64,000 bases of DNA, from contig AQSI01000002.1 of the NCBI GenBank assembly GCA_000402655.1, forward strand, positions 83,720 through 147,719, read 5' to 3'. Below the pieces are notes generated by a model. The model was not told the DNA's origin. It did no database searches and saw nothing but the letters and a program-made list of their open reading frames with translations. This document shows positions 44,667 through 54,234 of this stretch, in pieces. The stretch is from Fidelibacterota bacterium SCGC AAA298-D23 (lineage in GTDB: Bacteria; Fidelibacterota; Marinisomatia; Marinisomatales; Marinisomataceae). The position numbers and the translations under genes are program-made. Each line of letters starts with the position of its first letter. The stretch's first letter is position 1.

Positions 44667-44936
44667 TTATCTTCCTCTTATCGATAGTTTTTTAATTAAT
44701 TCATCATAACTATCTAGTTTAGTTTTTCTTAAATATTTCAATAGCTTCTTTCGCTGTGACACTAACTTAACTAAACCATGTTTTGAATGAACATCTTTAT
44801 TGTGCATCTTTACATGCTCTGTCAATGATCTAATTCGATCAGTTAGAAGTGCAATTTGCGCTTCACTACTACCGACATTCTTTGCATCAAGACCTGCGTC
44901 TTGAAGAAGTGTACTTGTTTCTTTACTATATTTCAT
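44667..44936 (-). CDS. rpsO: 30S ribosomal protein S15
   Basis: 89 aa with GSSEAQIALLTDRIRSLTEHVKMHNKDVHSKHGL. Confidence 0.95.
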   Translation of the reverse strand: MKYSKETSTLLQDAGLDAKNVGSSEAQIALLTDRIRSLTEHVKMHNKDVHSKHGLVKLVSQRKKLLKYLRKTKLDSYDELIKKLSIRGR

Positions 44937-45876
44937 ATTTCTCCTTAAAAGTATCTATTAATTCAATACATACTTCTTTATCTTTTTCAATTTGTTTGAT
45001 TAATAATTCTTTACTATCAAACTTTTTTTCATCTCGAATTTTATCTAAAAACTCGATATAAAAATTTTTATCGTATAGATGGCCGAATTTATCAGATAAA
45101 ATGTGAACTTCCATAACAAATTTTTTTTCATTAAAAGTTGGTCTAACACCTGCATTCATCATTCCAAAATAGGATTTTCCGTCTAAGAAAACCTTAGTTA
45201 AATATACTCCAGTACTAGGAAGTAACTGATTTTCGAAAGTTGGAATAAAGTTTGCAGTTGGATAATTCATTTTTTTTCCGCGATTTGAACCCGAAACAAC
45301 AGTTGCATTAAATCCATAAAATCTTCCTAAATAATCATATACCTTACTTGAGTTTCCATCTAAAATCAGTGATCTAATTAAGCTACTAGATATGGTACTA
45401 CCCATATGCTTTCTCATATCAGGCGTATGAAGTTCTATATTATTGTCACTACAAAAAGCTTTTAAAAATTCAAAATTTCCTTCTTTTTTATGTCCAAAAT
45501 AGTGATTTGTACCTACAGAAATTAAAGTTGGATTAAATAAATCTTTTAAGACAGTATCTGCAAACATTTGAGCTGGCATTAATGAAAACTCTTTGTCAAA
45601 TGGTATTATTAACACAATATCTAAACCTATCTCTTTTAAAGTTTTCAATTTTTCATCTAAACTTTGGAGATTTATGGAATCTGGTTTATTAGAAAGCACA
45701 TAAAAAGGATTCGGATCAAACGTAATTAGGCAAGACGGTATATTTCTTTTTTTACCCTCTTCAACAATATAAGATAGCACATCATGATGACCTTTATGAA
45801 TACCGTCGTAATTACCAACAGTTATAACTGAATTTGATAACTTTTTGAAATCTTTTAATGAGGTTATGATTTCCAT
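44926..45876 (-). CDS. ribF: Bifunctional riboflavin kinase/FMN adenylyltransferase
   Basis: 316 aa with TVGNYDGIHKGH and GFNATVVSGSNRGKKMNYPTANF. Confidence 0.92.
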   Translation of the reverse strand: MEIITSLKDFKKLSNSVITVGNYDGIHKGHHDVLSYIVEEGKKRNIPSCLITFDPNPFYVLSNKPDSINLQSLDEKLKTLKEIGLDIVLIIPFDKEFSLMPAQMFADTVLKDLFNPTLISVGTNHYFGHKKEGNFEFLKAFCSDNNIELHTPDMRKHMGSTISSSLIRSLILDGNSSKVYDYLGRFYGFNATVVSGSNRGKKMNYPTANFIPTFENQLLPSTGVYLTKVFLDGKSYFGMMNAGVRPTFNEKKFVMEVHILSDKFGHLYDKNFYIEFLDKIRDEKKFDSKELLIKQIEKDKEVCIELIDTFKEKYEI

Positions 45877-46505
45877 TTTTCCTCAAATTTTTCTATTGTA
45901 ACCGATTCATCCAATTTATATTCACCAACACTTAATCGTGTTAAGCTTATCAAATGACCTACAGTACCTAAATATTCTGCTATCTCCTCTGCTAACACCC
46001 TTATATAAGTCCCTGATGAACAATCAACAGTGATTTTTAAGGTATTTTCATCTAATGAATCAATTTTTAAGCTCTTGATAGTTATTAACTTTGGATTTGT
46101 TTTGATTTCAATATTTTTTCTTGCAAGCTTATATAGTCGAACTCCATTAATTTTCCTTGCTGAGTACATAGGAGTTCTTTGTAGTAATTGTCCTAAAAAC
46201 TTATTTTCGCAATCAATCAAATTCTGTTCGGTAATTTCACAAACTTCTTTTTCTTCAACAATGTTACCTGTTAAATCCATTGAATCAGTTTTTTCTCCTA
46301 ATTTGATTATACCTTCATAAGTCTTATCGAATTGAATAATATTTGATAATTTTTTAGTCGATTTTCCAACACCTAACACTAATACTCCATCTGCAAATGG
46401 ATCTAACGTACCTGAGTGTCCAACTTTTTCCTTAGTAATATTTTTTACTTTTTTAACAATTGAAAAGGAAGACAAATCTTTTGGTTTATATATGTTGTAA
46501 ATCAT
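45864..46505 (-). CDS. truB: tRNA pseudouridine(55) synthase
   Basis: 213 aa with the GHSGTLDPFADGVL catalytic motif. Confidence 0.92.
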   Translation of the reverse strand: MIYNIYKPKDLSSFSIVKKVKNITKEKVGHSGTLDPFADGVLVLGVGKSTKKLSNIIQFDKTYEGIIKLGEKTDSMDLTGNIVEEKEVCEITEQNLIDCENKFLGQLLQRTPMYSARKINGVRLYKLARKNIEIKTNPKLITIKSLKIDSLDENTLKITVDCSSGTYIRVLAEEIAEYLGTVGHLISLTRLSVGEYKLDESVTIEKFEEKWKS

Positions 46506-46506
46506 A

Positions 46507-46854
46507 CTAATCTATTTTTTTTATTAGCTTATCAATTTTTTCAAATTGCTCAAATGAATCATCATAGAAAAATTTTAATGTTGGAGTAGATCTTAAATTT
46601 AAAGATGCTGACAAAAATTTTCTAAAAACCGGCACAAGCAAGTTAAGTTCTTCGTTAATAATTTCTATCTTTTTAGTAGGATTTAATACACTATAATATA
46701 AAGTTGCATGTTTTAAATCAGCTGTCATTTTAACTGAAGAAAAAGTGATAAAACCATATTTTCTTAAATCCATCTCTCTGGTTAAGATATCATTAATGGT
46801 TTTTAAAACTTGTTGTGATACTCTCTCTGATCTTGAAAAAGGTTTATTATTCAA
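46507..46854 (-). CDS. rbfA: Ribosome-binding factor A
   Basis: 115 aa with the N-terminus RSERVSQQVLKTINDIL, positioned after infB. Confidence 0.9.
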   Translation of the reverse strand: MNNKPFSRSERVSQQVLKTINDILTREMDLRKYGFITFSSVKMTADLKHATLYYSVLNPTKKIEIINEELNLLVPVFRKFLSASLNLRSTPTLKFFYDDSFEQFEKIDKLIKKID

Positions 46855-49199
46855 CTGTCTGCTAATGTTCTCTTAATTTCATTTATTTTATACGCAATAA
46901 TTCTATCACCTTCAAAATACTTTTTCACACCTTCAACGGAAATACCACATTCCATACCCGAATCAACAGATGCTACATCGTCTTTAAAGCGCTTTAATGA
47001 GGTAATTGAACCTTTTGAAACAAGCTCTTCTTCTTCGCGAATAAGCCTAACAAAACAATCACGTGTAATTTTACCAGATTCTACTTGAGATCCAGCTATA
47101 AAACCAATTTTAGGAATTTTAAATGACTCTTTAACTATTGCCTCACCAATAACCTCTTCAACCATATCAGGTTTTAGTAATCCTTCAACAGCCATCTTAA
47201 CGTCTTCAACGATTTGATAAATAATACTATATGCTCTAATTTCTACGTTATTTTGACTTGCTAAGAGCTTTGTATTTGACGGAATTTGAACTCCAAAACC
47301 TATTATAATAGCTTGTGATGCCTGAGCTAGTAATACATCAGATTCAGTCACATTTCCAACACCTTTATGTACAATATCTACACCAACTTCGTCATTATTG
47401 ATTTTTTCGATACTTTGAATTAAAGCTTCAATTGATCCATCTGAATCAGCCTTAATAATAATATTCAAATTATTCATATCACCTTCTTTAATTTGAGCTG
47501 ATATACTGTCTAAAGATGTTTTTTGAACCATTTGAAGATCAATTTCTCGTTTAATTCTTTGACGTTCGTTAGCAATTTTCTTTAAATCAGATTCATTTTC
47601 AACTTCTGCAAAAATATCTCCAGCTTGAGGAACAGTATCAAAACCAAGAATTTGAACTGGATCTGATGGTCTTGCCTCTAAAATTCTTTCATTATTTTCA
47701 TTCATTATCGCTCGAACCTTACCAGGGTGATTATTGCAAATGAATGGTGTTCCTATACTTAAGGTACCTTTTTGAATTAAAACTGTGGCAACAGGCCCTA
47801 ATCCTTTATCCAGTCTAGAATCAATTACAATACCTTTACAATCAATATCTTGATTAGCTTTTAAATCTAAAACTTCAGCCTCAAGTAAAATTGCTTCCAT
47901 AAGATCATCTATACCTTCACCCGTTTTTGCAGAAGTGTGTACAGATTGAATCTTTCCTCCCCAATCTTCAACTAAAATATCTTTTTCAGATAACTCTCTT
48001 TTAACTACATCTGGATTAGCACCTTGTTTGTCAATTTTGTTAATTGCTACAACAATGGGCACTTCCGCAGCTTTTGCATGATTAATAGCTTCAATTGTTT
48101 GAGGCATAACACTATCATCGGCAGCAACGACTAGAATAACTATATCAGTTGATTGAGCACCTCTTGCCCTCATAGCAGTAAAGGCTTCATGTCCAGGTGT
48201 ATCTAAAAAAGTAATTTTATTGTCGTTATGTAAAACCTGATAAGCTCCAACTCTCTGCGTAATTCCACCCGATTCGCCTGCTGCAACCTTTGTTTCTCTA
48301 ATAAAATCTAAAATGGATGTTTTACCATGGTCTACATGACCCATAATTGTTACTACCGGAGCTCTTTCTGTAGCATTTGAAAGCTCTTGTTCTGAATGCG
48401 ATGTTACAAACAAATCATCAACAACTTCTTCATATTTTTTTAATTCAACGTCATATTCACCAGCAATTAATTCTATGACATCCCATTCGAGTCTTTGATT
48501 TACGGTAGCTAAAATACCCATTTGTAAGCATTTACCAATAACCTCACTGGTTGATACATCTAAAACTTTTGCTATTTCGTCAATGCTAGCATATTCAGCA
48601 AGCTCGATTGTTCTTTTTTGATCTACGTCATCTAACCCATCATCTTTTTTAGTTTTCTTATATGACTTCTTCTTTGGGCTTGAATCCATAGAAGCAAGGG
48701 TCTTTTTCAATCTTTTTACAGCAGAGCTATCTTTTTTCAGTTCATCTTTATGTTTTTTTGCCTGCTTTTTATCCTCTGCCTTTTCTGGTTCACGTAAAGA
48801 GATTTTTCTCAATTTTTTCTTTGGTTTTTTCTCAACAGGAGCTTCTTTTTTGATCTTTGTCTTTTTACTGTCTTTTTCTTCCTTAACTGGCGCTTCAACT
48901 TTTTTCTTCTCTGATTTACGTTGATCTTCAACAGACATAATTTTGAACTTTTTAACAGACTTAGTTTTCATCACAACTTTTGAGTCATGAATTTCTTTTC
49001 TGACCTGCTCTTTTCTGTCCCTTTCTGCTGATTGACGGTCTTTAGCAAACTCAGTATATACTATTTGCTGTGTTTTACCATCAATGGGAGACATATGACT
49101 TGAGACAGATATGTCTTTTGACTTTAAAAAGTCTAAAATATCATTATGTGATATGTTTAGCTCTTTTGCTAGTTGGAATATTCTTATTGAATCAGACAT
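46851..49199 (-). CDS. infB: Translation initiation factor IF-2
   Basis: 782 aa with a Lys-rich N-region and G motifs GHVDHGKTS, DTPGHEAF and NKID. Confidence 0.96.
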   Translation of the reverse strand: MSDSIRIFQLAKELNISHNDILDFLKSKDISVSSHMSPIDGKTQQIVYTEFAKDRQSAERDRKEQVRKEIHDSKVVMKTKSVKKFKIMSVEDQRKSEKKKVEAPVKEEKDSKKTKIKKEAPVEKKPKKKLRKISLREPEKAEDKKQAKKHKDELKKDSSAVKRLKKTLASMDSSPKKKSYKKTKKDDGLDDVDQKRTIELAEYASIDEIAKVLDVSTSEVIGKCLQMGILATVNQRLEWDVIELIAGEYDVELKKYEEVVDDLFVTSHSEQELSNATERAPVVTIMGHVDHGKTSILDFIRETKVAAGESGGITQRVGAYQVLHNDNKITFLDTPGHEAFTAMRARGAQSTDIVILVVAADDSVMPQTIEAINHAKAAEVPIVVAINKIDKQGANPDVVKRELSEKDILVEDWGGKIQSVHTSAKTGEGIDDLMEAILLEAEVLDLKANQDIDCKGIVIDSRLDKGLGPVATVLIQKGTLSIGTPFICNNHPGKVRAIMNENNERILEARPSDPVQILGFDTVPQAGDIFAEVENESDLKKIANERQRIKREIDLQMVQKTSLDSISAQIKEGDMNNLNIIIKADSDGSIEALIQSIEKINNDEVGVDIVHKGVGNVTESDVLLAQASQAIIIGFGVQIPSNTKLLASQNNVEIRAYSIIYQIVEDVKMAVEGLLKPDMVEEVIGEAIVKESFKIPKIGFIAGSQVESGKITRDCFVRLIREEEELVSKGSITSLKRFKDDVASVDSGMECGISVEGVKKYFEGDRIIAYKINEIKRTLADS

Positions 49200-49202
49200 A
49201 AA

Positions 49203-50669
49203 TTATTCTTCTTTTTCCTCTATATTTTGTGAATCTTGTTCAGAATCAACAACTTCTTCTGGCAACTCTACGTCTTCAGCTGGTTTTTCATCTGATGAGT
49301 CAACATCTTCAATAATTTCTTCAACAGCTTCAATATTTTGTTCTTCTACAATTGAATCTAGCTCGATATTCTCTTCAGTATTTTCAATTGTCTCTTCAAC
49401 TTCTTCTTCTTTATTGTGCGTATTTTCTATAAATGAATTTACTGCATCACTTACTGAAGATACCTCTTTATCATTAAGCTCTAACTCTTCAGTTAGAACA
49501 TATTTTTTTATGTTTAAATAATCTGCAACTGAAACAATATCTGCTTTTGAAAGTTTATTACTCAAAGTTTTTGTAATTCCATCTAATGACTCGAGACTTG
49601 TTTTCTGATTTATAAGCACTTCATCATATTCTGATTTTGTGTACGCATCAATCGTATATCCTGTTAGTTTTGAAGCAAGATTAATATTGACACCGCTTCT
49701 ACCGACAGCATTTTCAAGACCACCTTCGTCAAAAATTGCAACACAATATTTTCTATCGTCATCTATATACAAATCAACTGGTTTTGCAGGAGAAAGTGCT
49801 CGAGTAATGAACACCTCAGATTTTTCCGTAAAGTTAACAATATCAATCTTTTCATTGTTTAATTCTCTAACAACTGATTGAATTCTGCTTCCTCTCATAC
49901 CAACACAAGCACCTACAGCATCAATTCGTTTGTCAACAGAATGGACAATAATCTTACTTCTTTCTCCCGGTTTTCTTGCAATCCCTTTAATTTCAATAAT
50001 ACCATCTTCGATTTCTGGAACTTCCATTTCAAAAAGTTTGTAAAGAAAAAGATCGTCACTTCTTGATATTAAAATATCTGGACCTTTTGCAGTCACTTCA
50101 ACTGATTTAACCAAAGCTCTAATAGTATCACCTCTTCTAAATCTTTCAGAAAAGATTTGCTCATTTCTTGGCATTCTCAGTTCTGTTTGCTCAATGTTTA
50201 CAAATGTATTTTCTCGATGTACTTGGTGAACAGTACCAATAATAACTTCTCCTATTCTTTGAACATAATCCTCGTAAATATATTGTTGTTGAACTTCTCT
50301 TGTTCTTTTGTTTAAAAATTGTCTCGCATTTGCAACTAATCTTCTACCAAAACGTGCAGGATCAATAACCTCAACAAAAGTATCTCCCAATTTTAATTCA
50401 CCATCTAAATCTGGTTCAAGCTCAATAGCCCTATCTAGGGTAATATCAAAATGATCGTCATCAACTTCATCGACAATTGTTTTCTCAACATATATTTCAA
50501 TTTCACCTTTATCTAAATTAACAATGACACTACAGTTATCAGACTCGCCAGTTTCTTTTTCAATAATGAACAAAAATAATTGTTCAATTATAGTACCAAG
50601 CTCGGAACGCTCAATGTTCTTTTCCCTAGCTAATTCAATAAAAATTTCAATTAAATCTCTATTAATCAT
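49203..50669 (-). CDS. nusA: Transcription termination/antitermination factor NusA
   Basis: 488 aa with the N-terminal domain, S1 and two KH regions (GACVGMRGSRIQ; AVGRSGVNINLA), plus a long acidic C-terminal tail. Confidence 0.94.
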   Translation of the reverse strand: MINRDLIEIFIELAREKNIERSELGTIIEQLFLFIIEKETGESDNCSVIVNLDKGEIEIYVEKTIVDEVDDDHFDITLDRAIELEPDLDGELKLGDTFVEVIDPARFGRRLVANARQFLNKRTREVQQQYIYEDYVQRIGEVIIGTVHQVHRENTFVNIEQTELRMPRNEQIFSERFRRGDTIRALVKSVEVTAKGPDILISRSDDLFLYKLFEMEVPEIEDGIIEIKGIARKPGERSKIIVHSVDKRIDAVGACVGMRGSRIQSVVRELNNEKIDIVNFTEKSEVFITRALSPAKPVDLYIDDDRKYCVAIFDEGGLENAVGRSGVNINLASKLTGYTIDAYTKSEYDEVLINQKTSLESLDGITKTLSNKLSKADIVSVADYLNIKKYVLTEELELNDKEVSSVSDAVNSFIENTHNKEEEVEETIENTEENIELDSIVEEQNIEAVEEIIEDVDSSDEKPAEDVELPEEVVDSEQDSQNIEEKEE

Positions 50670-50694
50670 AATTACCCTTTAATTTTTTTCATTA

Positions 50695-50720
50695 TAACAA
50701 AAATGGGCCGTAGCCCATTA
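50695..50720 (-). terminator. Rho-independent terminator upstream of nusA
   Basis: AATGGGC-CGTA-GCCCATT hairpin with an A-run on the plus strand, which is a U-run on the minus strand. Confidence 0.65.
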
Positions 50721-50764
50721 AATTCATTGGAATATATTTAATTAATATCGTTTTAACAAGTATC

Positions 50765-51400
50765 TTAGTTAATACTTAGTACAAAGCCATACACTTCTTC
50801 AAAAAGTTGATTGTAAGCAGGATTATCAGCATCTAAAGACTCAAGAAGCTTCATTGACTGGATTAAATCGCCGTTTTGAGCTAGTTTTTTAGCTTTGAGA
50901 ATGCTAATGTATTTAATTTCATTATCAGATTCAGTAAATTTCATAGCCTTATCGAACATTTTCGTATCGTTTTCTAGTTCAGCAAGCATGATATATCCTT
51001 CCTTTTTAAGATTATCATATCTCATTTTTGAAACGCTTTCAGATAAATAAACAAGCGCCTTATCATTGTTACCATTTATAAATGCAGTTCTTCCAAGATA
51101 AAACTTTGCTTGATGAGCAGCTTTAGAACCTGAGAAATTATCAACAACAGATTCAAGCTGTAGCACAGCATTATCAAAATCCCCTTTTTCGAAATAAATC
51201 ATTGCATTACTAAGAGCTGTATCGGAAGCAGATGGTTTTACATCATCATTCAAAGAGAAAGCTTGATAAGTTACTAGAAAAACAAGTAAAGCTAAAATAA
51301 TAGGATTCAATATAAAATTTTCAATTGGAGTATAATCTGATCTATCCTTGTAACTAACCTTAATAGGTTTCAACATGAAATTTTTAATTTTTTCTATCAT
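50765..51400 (-). CDS. Membrane-anchored TPR-like protein
   Basis: I prefer the start at Met 51400, which avoids the overlap with trhO. It has one TM helix followed by TPR-like repeats (AMIYFEKGDFDNAVLQLESV..., YLGRTAFINGNNDKALVYL). Confidence 0.6.
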   Translation of the reverse strand: MIEKIKNFMLKPIKVSYKDRSDYTPIENFILNPIILALLVFLVTYQAFSLNDDVKPSASDTALSNAMIYFEKGDFDNAVLQLESVVDNFSGSKAAHQAKFYLGRTAFINGNNDKALVYLSESVSKMRYDNLKKEGYIMLAELENDTKMFDKAMKFTESDNEIKYISILKAKKLAQNGDLIQSMKLLESLDADNPAYNQLFEEVYGFVLSIN

Positions 51401-51407
51401 AATTATA

Positions 51408-52445
51408 TTATTCCCAGTAATTAAATAGTTTATAAAGTTTTGGCCTAAATTTACTTGATAATTTAGCACTTGTAACCTTTTTATTTTTATCTTTTCTTAA
51501 TTTTTTTTGTGTTTCTAAATCAAGTTGTAAAAATTGATTACAAGGTTCAGAACAACAATCATTATATTTTTTAGCACATTGATTGCATTGAATAAATAAT
51601 ATATGACATGCTTGGTTTTTACAATTCTTATGATTGTCTGATGGTGATTTACATTGGTGACATTGTCCTACAATGTCGCTTGTCACGCGTTCTCCCATCC
51701 TATCATCAAACACAAAATTTTTTCCTATAAATTCAGACTCTAAATCATTTTTTTTCATATCATGTGCATATTGAATTATTCCACCTTCAAGTTGATATAC
51801 CTCTTTAAAACCCTTTTTTATAAGATAAGAGCTAGCTTTTTCACATCGTATACCACCTGTACAATATAAATGTACTTTCTTATCTTCATTTCCATTTAAA
51901 ATCTCTGCAACCTTTGGGAGCAATTCTTTTGAAAAATGTGCATTAGGTATAATTGCATTTTTAAATCTTCCTACTTCACTTTCATAATAGTTTCTCATGT
52001 CAACCACAACTGAATCCTTTTCTTTTATTGAACGATGAAAATCAATTGGTTTTAAATGAACTCCAATTTTTTTCATGTCATAAGAGTCTTTAGGTATTTT
52101 ATATGCAACAATTTCATTGCGAACTAAAATCTTTAACTTTGAGAATGATGTCCCTTCTTCTATGGCATGTTTAAATTTTATATCGCTAAAGAAATCAATT
52201 GAATGTATATAAGATTTAAAGACTTCTAAATTATGTTTAGGAATGCATACTTGAGCATTAATTCCTTCTTCTGAAACATAAATTCTACCAATAATTTCTA
52301 ATTTGATTAAATCAAAATATAGTTTGTTTCGTAGATTCTTTGGATTATCAATTAGACAATACTTATAAAAAGAGAGATTAAGCCTTTCAAAATCCTCGTG
52401 TTCTAGGTTTTTTTTAAGTTCAATTTTAGACTTTTTATTATGCAT
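51408..52445 (-). CDS. trhO: Rhodanese-domain tRNA uridine(34) hydroxylase (UPF0176/YceA family)
   Basis: 345 aa with the rhodanese loop YCTGGIRCEKAS and a Cys-rich C-terminal extension. Confidence 0.8.
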   Translation of the reverse strand: MHNKKSKIELKKNLEHEDFERLNLSFYKYCLIDNPKNLRNKLYFDLIKLEIIGRIYVSEEGINAQVCIPKHNLEVFKSYIHSIDFFSDIKFKHAIEEGTSFSKLKILVRNEIVAYKIPKDSYDMKKIGVHLKPIDFHRSIKEKDSVVVDMRNYYESEVGRFKNAIIPNAHFSKELLPKVAEILNGNEDKKVHLYCTGGIRCEKASSYLIKKGFKEVYQLEGGIIQYAHDMKKNDLESEFIGKNFVFDDRMGERVTSDIVGQCHQCKSPSDNHKNCKNQACHILFIQCNQCAKKYNDCCSEPCNQFLQLDLETQKKLRKDKNKKVTSAKLSSKFRPKLYKLFNYWE

Positions 52446-52462
52446 ATTGAAATGTTAGTAGA

Positions 52463-52502
52463 AAAAGAGCCTATTAACAATAAATAATAGGCTCTTTTTT
52501 CT
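52463..52502. terminator. Long hairpin terminator (A- and T-runs on both sides)
   Basis: AAAGAGCCTATT...AATAGGCTCTTT flanked by AAAA and TTTT. Confidence 0.7.
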
Positions 52503-52526
52503 TTAAATAACAAAATGTTGATCAAA

Positions 52527-53240
52527 TTAGTTACTTAAGTCAGGTCTATGAACTGAAACTTGACTAATACCATTCCAAGCGCTTTGACCCCAAGTTGATT
52601 CCCAATCAGGCATTCTTTTGCTCATTTCGCCAAGCAATGTAAGAAAGGCAGATTGATCTAAGGCCTCTGAGAGTGTATCATGTCCTGAAACAAATAAATA
52701 CTCATTGAAAGGTTGACCAGTATTTGAAACCATACAGACGAAATGTTCATCTGATCCTAATTCGTCTCTAATTTCATTTGCCAATTTAAAAATTGATTCT
52801 GCGCTAGATTGACCACCTTGTCTTACATTCCATTTACTTTGTCTAAGGTATTTCCAAGTTTTCACTTGAGGATTGTAACTTAAGTCAGGTCTTAAAGTAT
52901 AAAACACAGTTCCATTTCTCCCCTCAACCATTTTCCCGTCGAATTTGTCATAAGGAACAGGATCATGATTTTGCCATTCATTAAAGACTGCATCAATCAT
53001 ATCTGCTGAAGTAAATATAGATTTTGGCATTCTAATATAATCTCCGGCATCTGGACCATTGATAATTTGGTAAGTAGTTGCAGCACCAAGATCTGTTGCA
53101 TGTGCCTTATTGTGTTGTATCATAGCTTTTTCATAATCAGCAACTTTTACGCCGTCTTTAACACCAATTTGAATTTGCATATTGTATGTTTGTGAAAAAG
53201 CTAAAGTTGAAAAAACTATCATTAATAAGATTTTTTTCAT
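52527..53240 (-). CDS. Hypothetical secreted protein
   Basis: 237 aa with signal peptide MKKILLMIVFSTLAFSQ. Confidence 0.6.
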   Translation of the reverse strand: MKKILLMIVFSTLAFSQTYNMQIQIGVKDGVKVADYEKAMIQHNKAHATDLGAATTYQIINGPDAGDYIRMPKSIFTSADMIDAVFNEWQNHDPVPYDKFDGKMVEGRNGTVFYTLRPDLSYNPQVKTWKYLRQSKWNVRQGGQSSAESIFKLANEIRDELGSDEHFVCMVSNTGQPFNEYLFVSGHDTLSEALDQSAFLTLLGEMSKRMPDWESTWGQSAWNGISQVSVHRPDLSN

Positions 53241-53304
53241 TTTCCCTCCATTTAATTAATATTATATAATATTAATTATTTTTTATCAGAAAAGTGTTAG
53301 ATAA

Positions 53305-54234
53305 TTATAATTTTAGTATTTGACCAAACTCTGAGATATTAAATCCATTATAAATAACTTTTTTATACTCATCAGAATCCTTATTTAATGCAGGATTTGT
53401 ATGATTTAAGTGTATAAAATAAATAGAATCTTTTTTATCAGAATTTTTAAACAAATTCATTGTTTCAATTATGAATGCATGAGGAATTTCTGACATATCC
53501 CTTCCAGGAAGTTCATTAATATCATAAAAAGTACCATCCAATATACTATAATCCGAATTTTCAACAATATCTGTAATACTAATTTTCCATTTATTCCATT
53601 TATCAATATCTGGAATAAATACTAATGACTTTGACGGACCCTCAATTTTAAACCCTACTGTTTCAGAAAATTCATCTCTATGAGGAACTTGAAAAGGTGT
53701 TATTGATAATTTCGAATTTAATTGTACTGTTTTGTTATTTTTTAAGCCTTTGAGCGTTATATTATTCAATCTAACTAATTGACTCCATGGTCCATTATTT
53801 CTTAAGAATTCTTCCATTTTTGGCATAACATTTACTATCGTATTTTTTGAGCCCATTACCTCTCTTCCTAAGTGCATTAGTCCAGTGTAATGGCCAATGT
53901 GTGCATGTGTAATAAAAATCCCTTTAAGAACTCTATCATTATTATTCGTAAGTAAATGAAGTTGTTCTGCAAAATCAGGTGTTGCATCAATCATCCATAC
54001 ATCATTTGATTCAGGATCAACAATTCCAATACTAGATACTTTTTTGTGAAGACTGGAATCAATCCACTTATCTAAACAACAGACTTTTTGACAAGCTGCG
54101 TGAGGAGCTCCTCCATCTTGTGCGGTTCCTAAAATAATTACGTAGGGTGATTTTTCATTATCTGAAAAACTAATAAGACTAATTGCAAAAAAAAGTATAA
54201 ATACTATTCTAACCAAATAGTTGACCTTCGTCAT
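53305..54234 (-). CDS. MBL-fold metallo-hydrolase (PqqB-like)
   Basis: It has the FITHAHIGHYTGL motif. I prefer Met 54234, which begins the signal/anchor MTKVNYLVRIVFILFFAISL. Confidence 0.7.
   Translation of the reverse strand: MTKVNYLVRIVFILFFAISLISFSDNEKSPYVIILGTAQDGGAPHAACQKVCCLDKWIDSSLHKKVSSIGIVDPESNDVWMIDATPDFAEQLHLLTNNNDRVLKGIFITHAHIGHYTGLMHLGREVMGSKNTIVNVMPKMEEFLRNNGPWSQLVRLNNITLKGLKNNKTVQLNSKLSITPFQVPHRDEFSETVGFKIEGPSKSLVFIPDIDKWNKWKISITDIVENSDYSILDGTFYDINELPGRDMSEIPHAFIIETMNLFKNSDKKDSIYFIHLNHTNPALNKDSDEYKKVIYNGFNISEFGQILKL

Noticed and set aside
49111-49521. 136-aa Ser-rich plus-strand ORF, and the many other antisense ORFs in the track (e.g. 466..690, 1054..1326, 4824..5186, 5566..5826, 7257..7607, 17748..17994, 38493..38714, 41999..42229, 46030..46320, 61519..61716)
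   Set aside because: Each lies antisense inside a confidently identified gene. They have low-complexity or biased translations and no SD. They are shadow ORFs, typical of AT-rich DNA.
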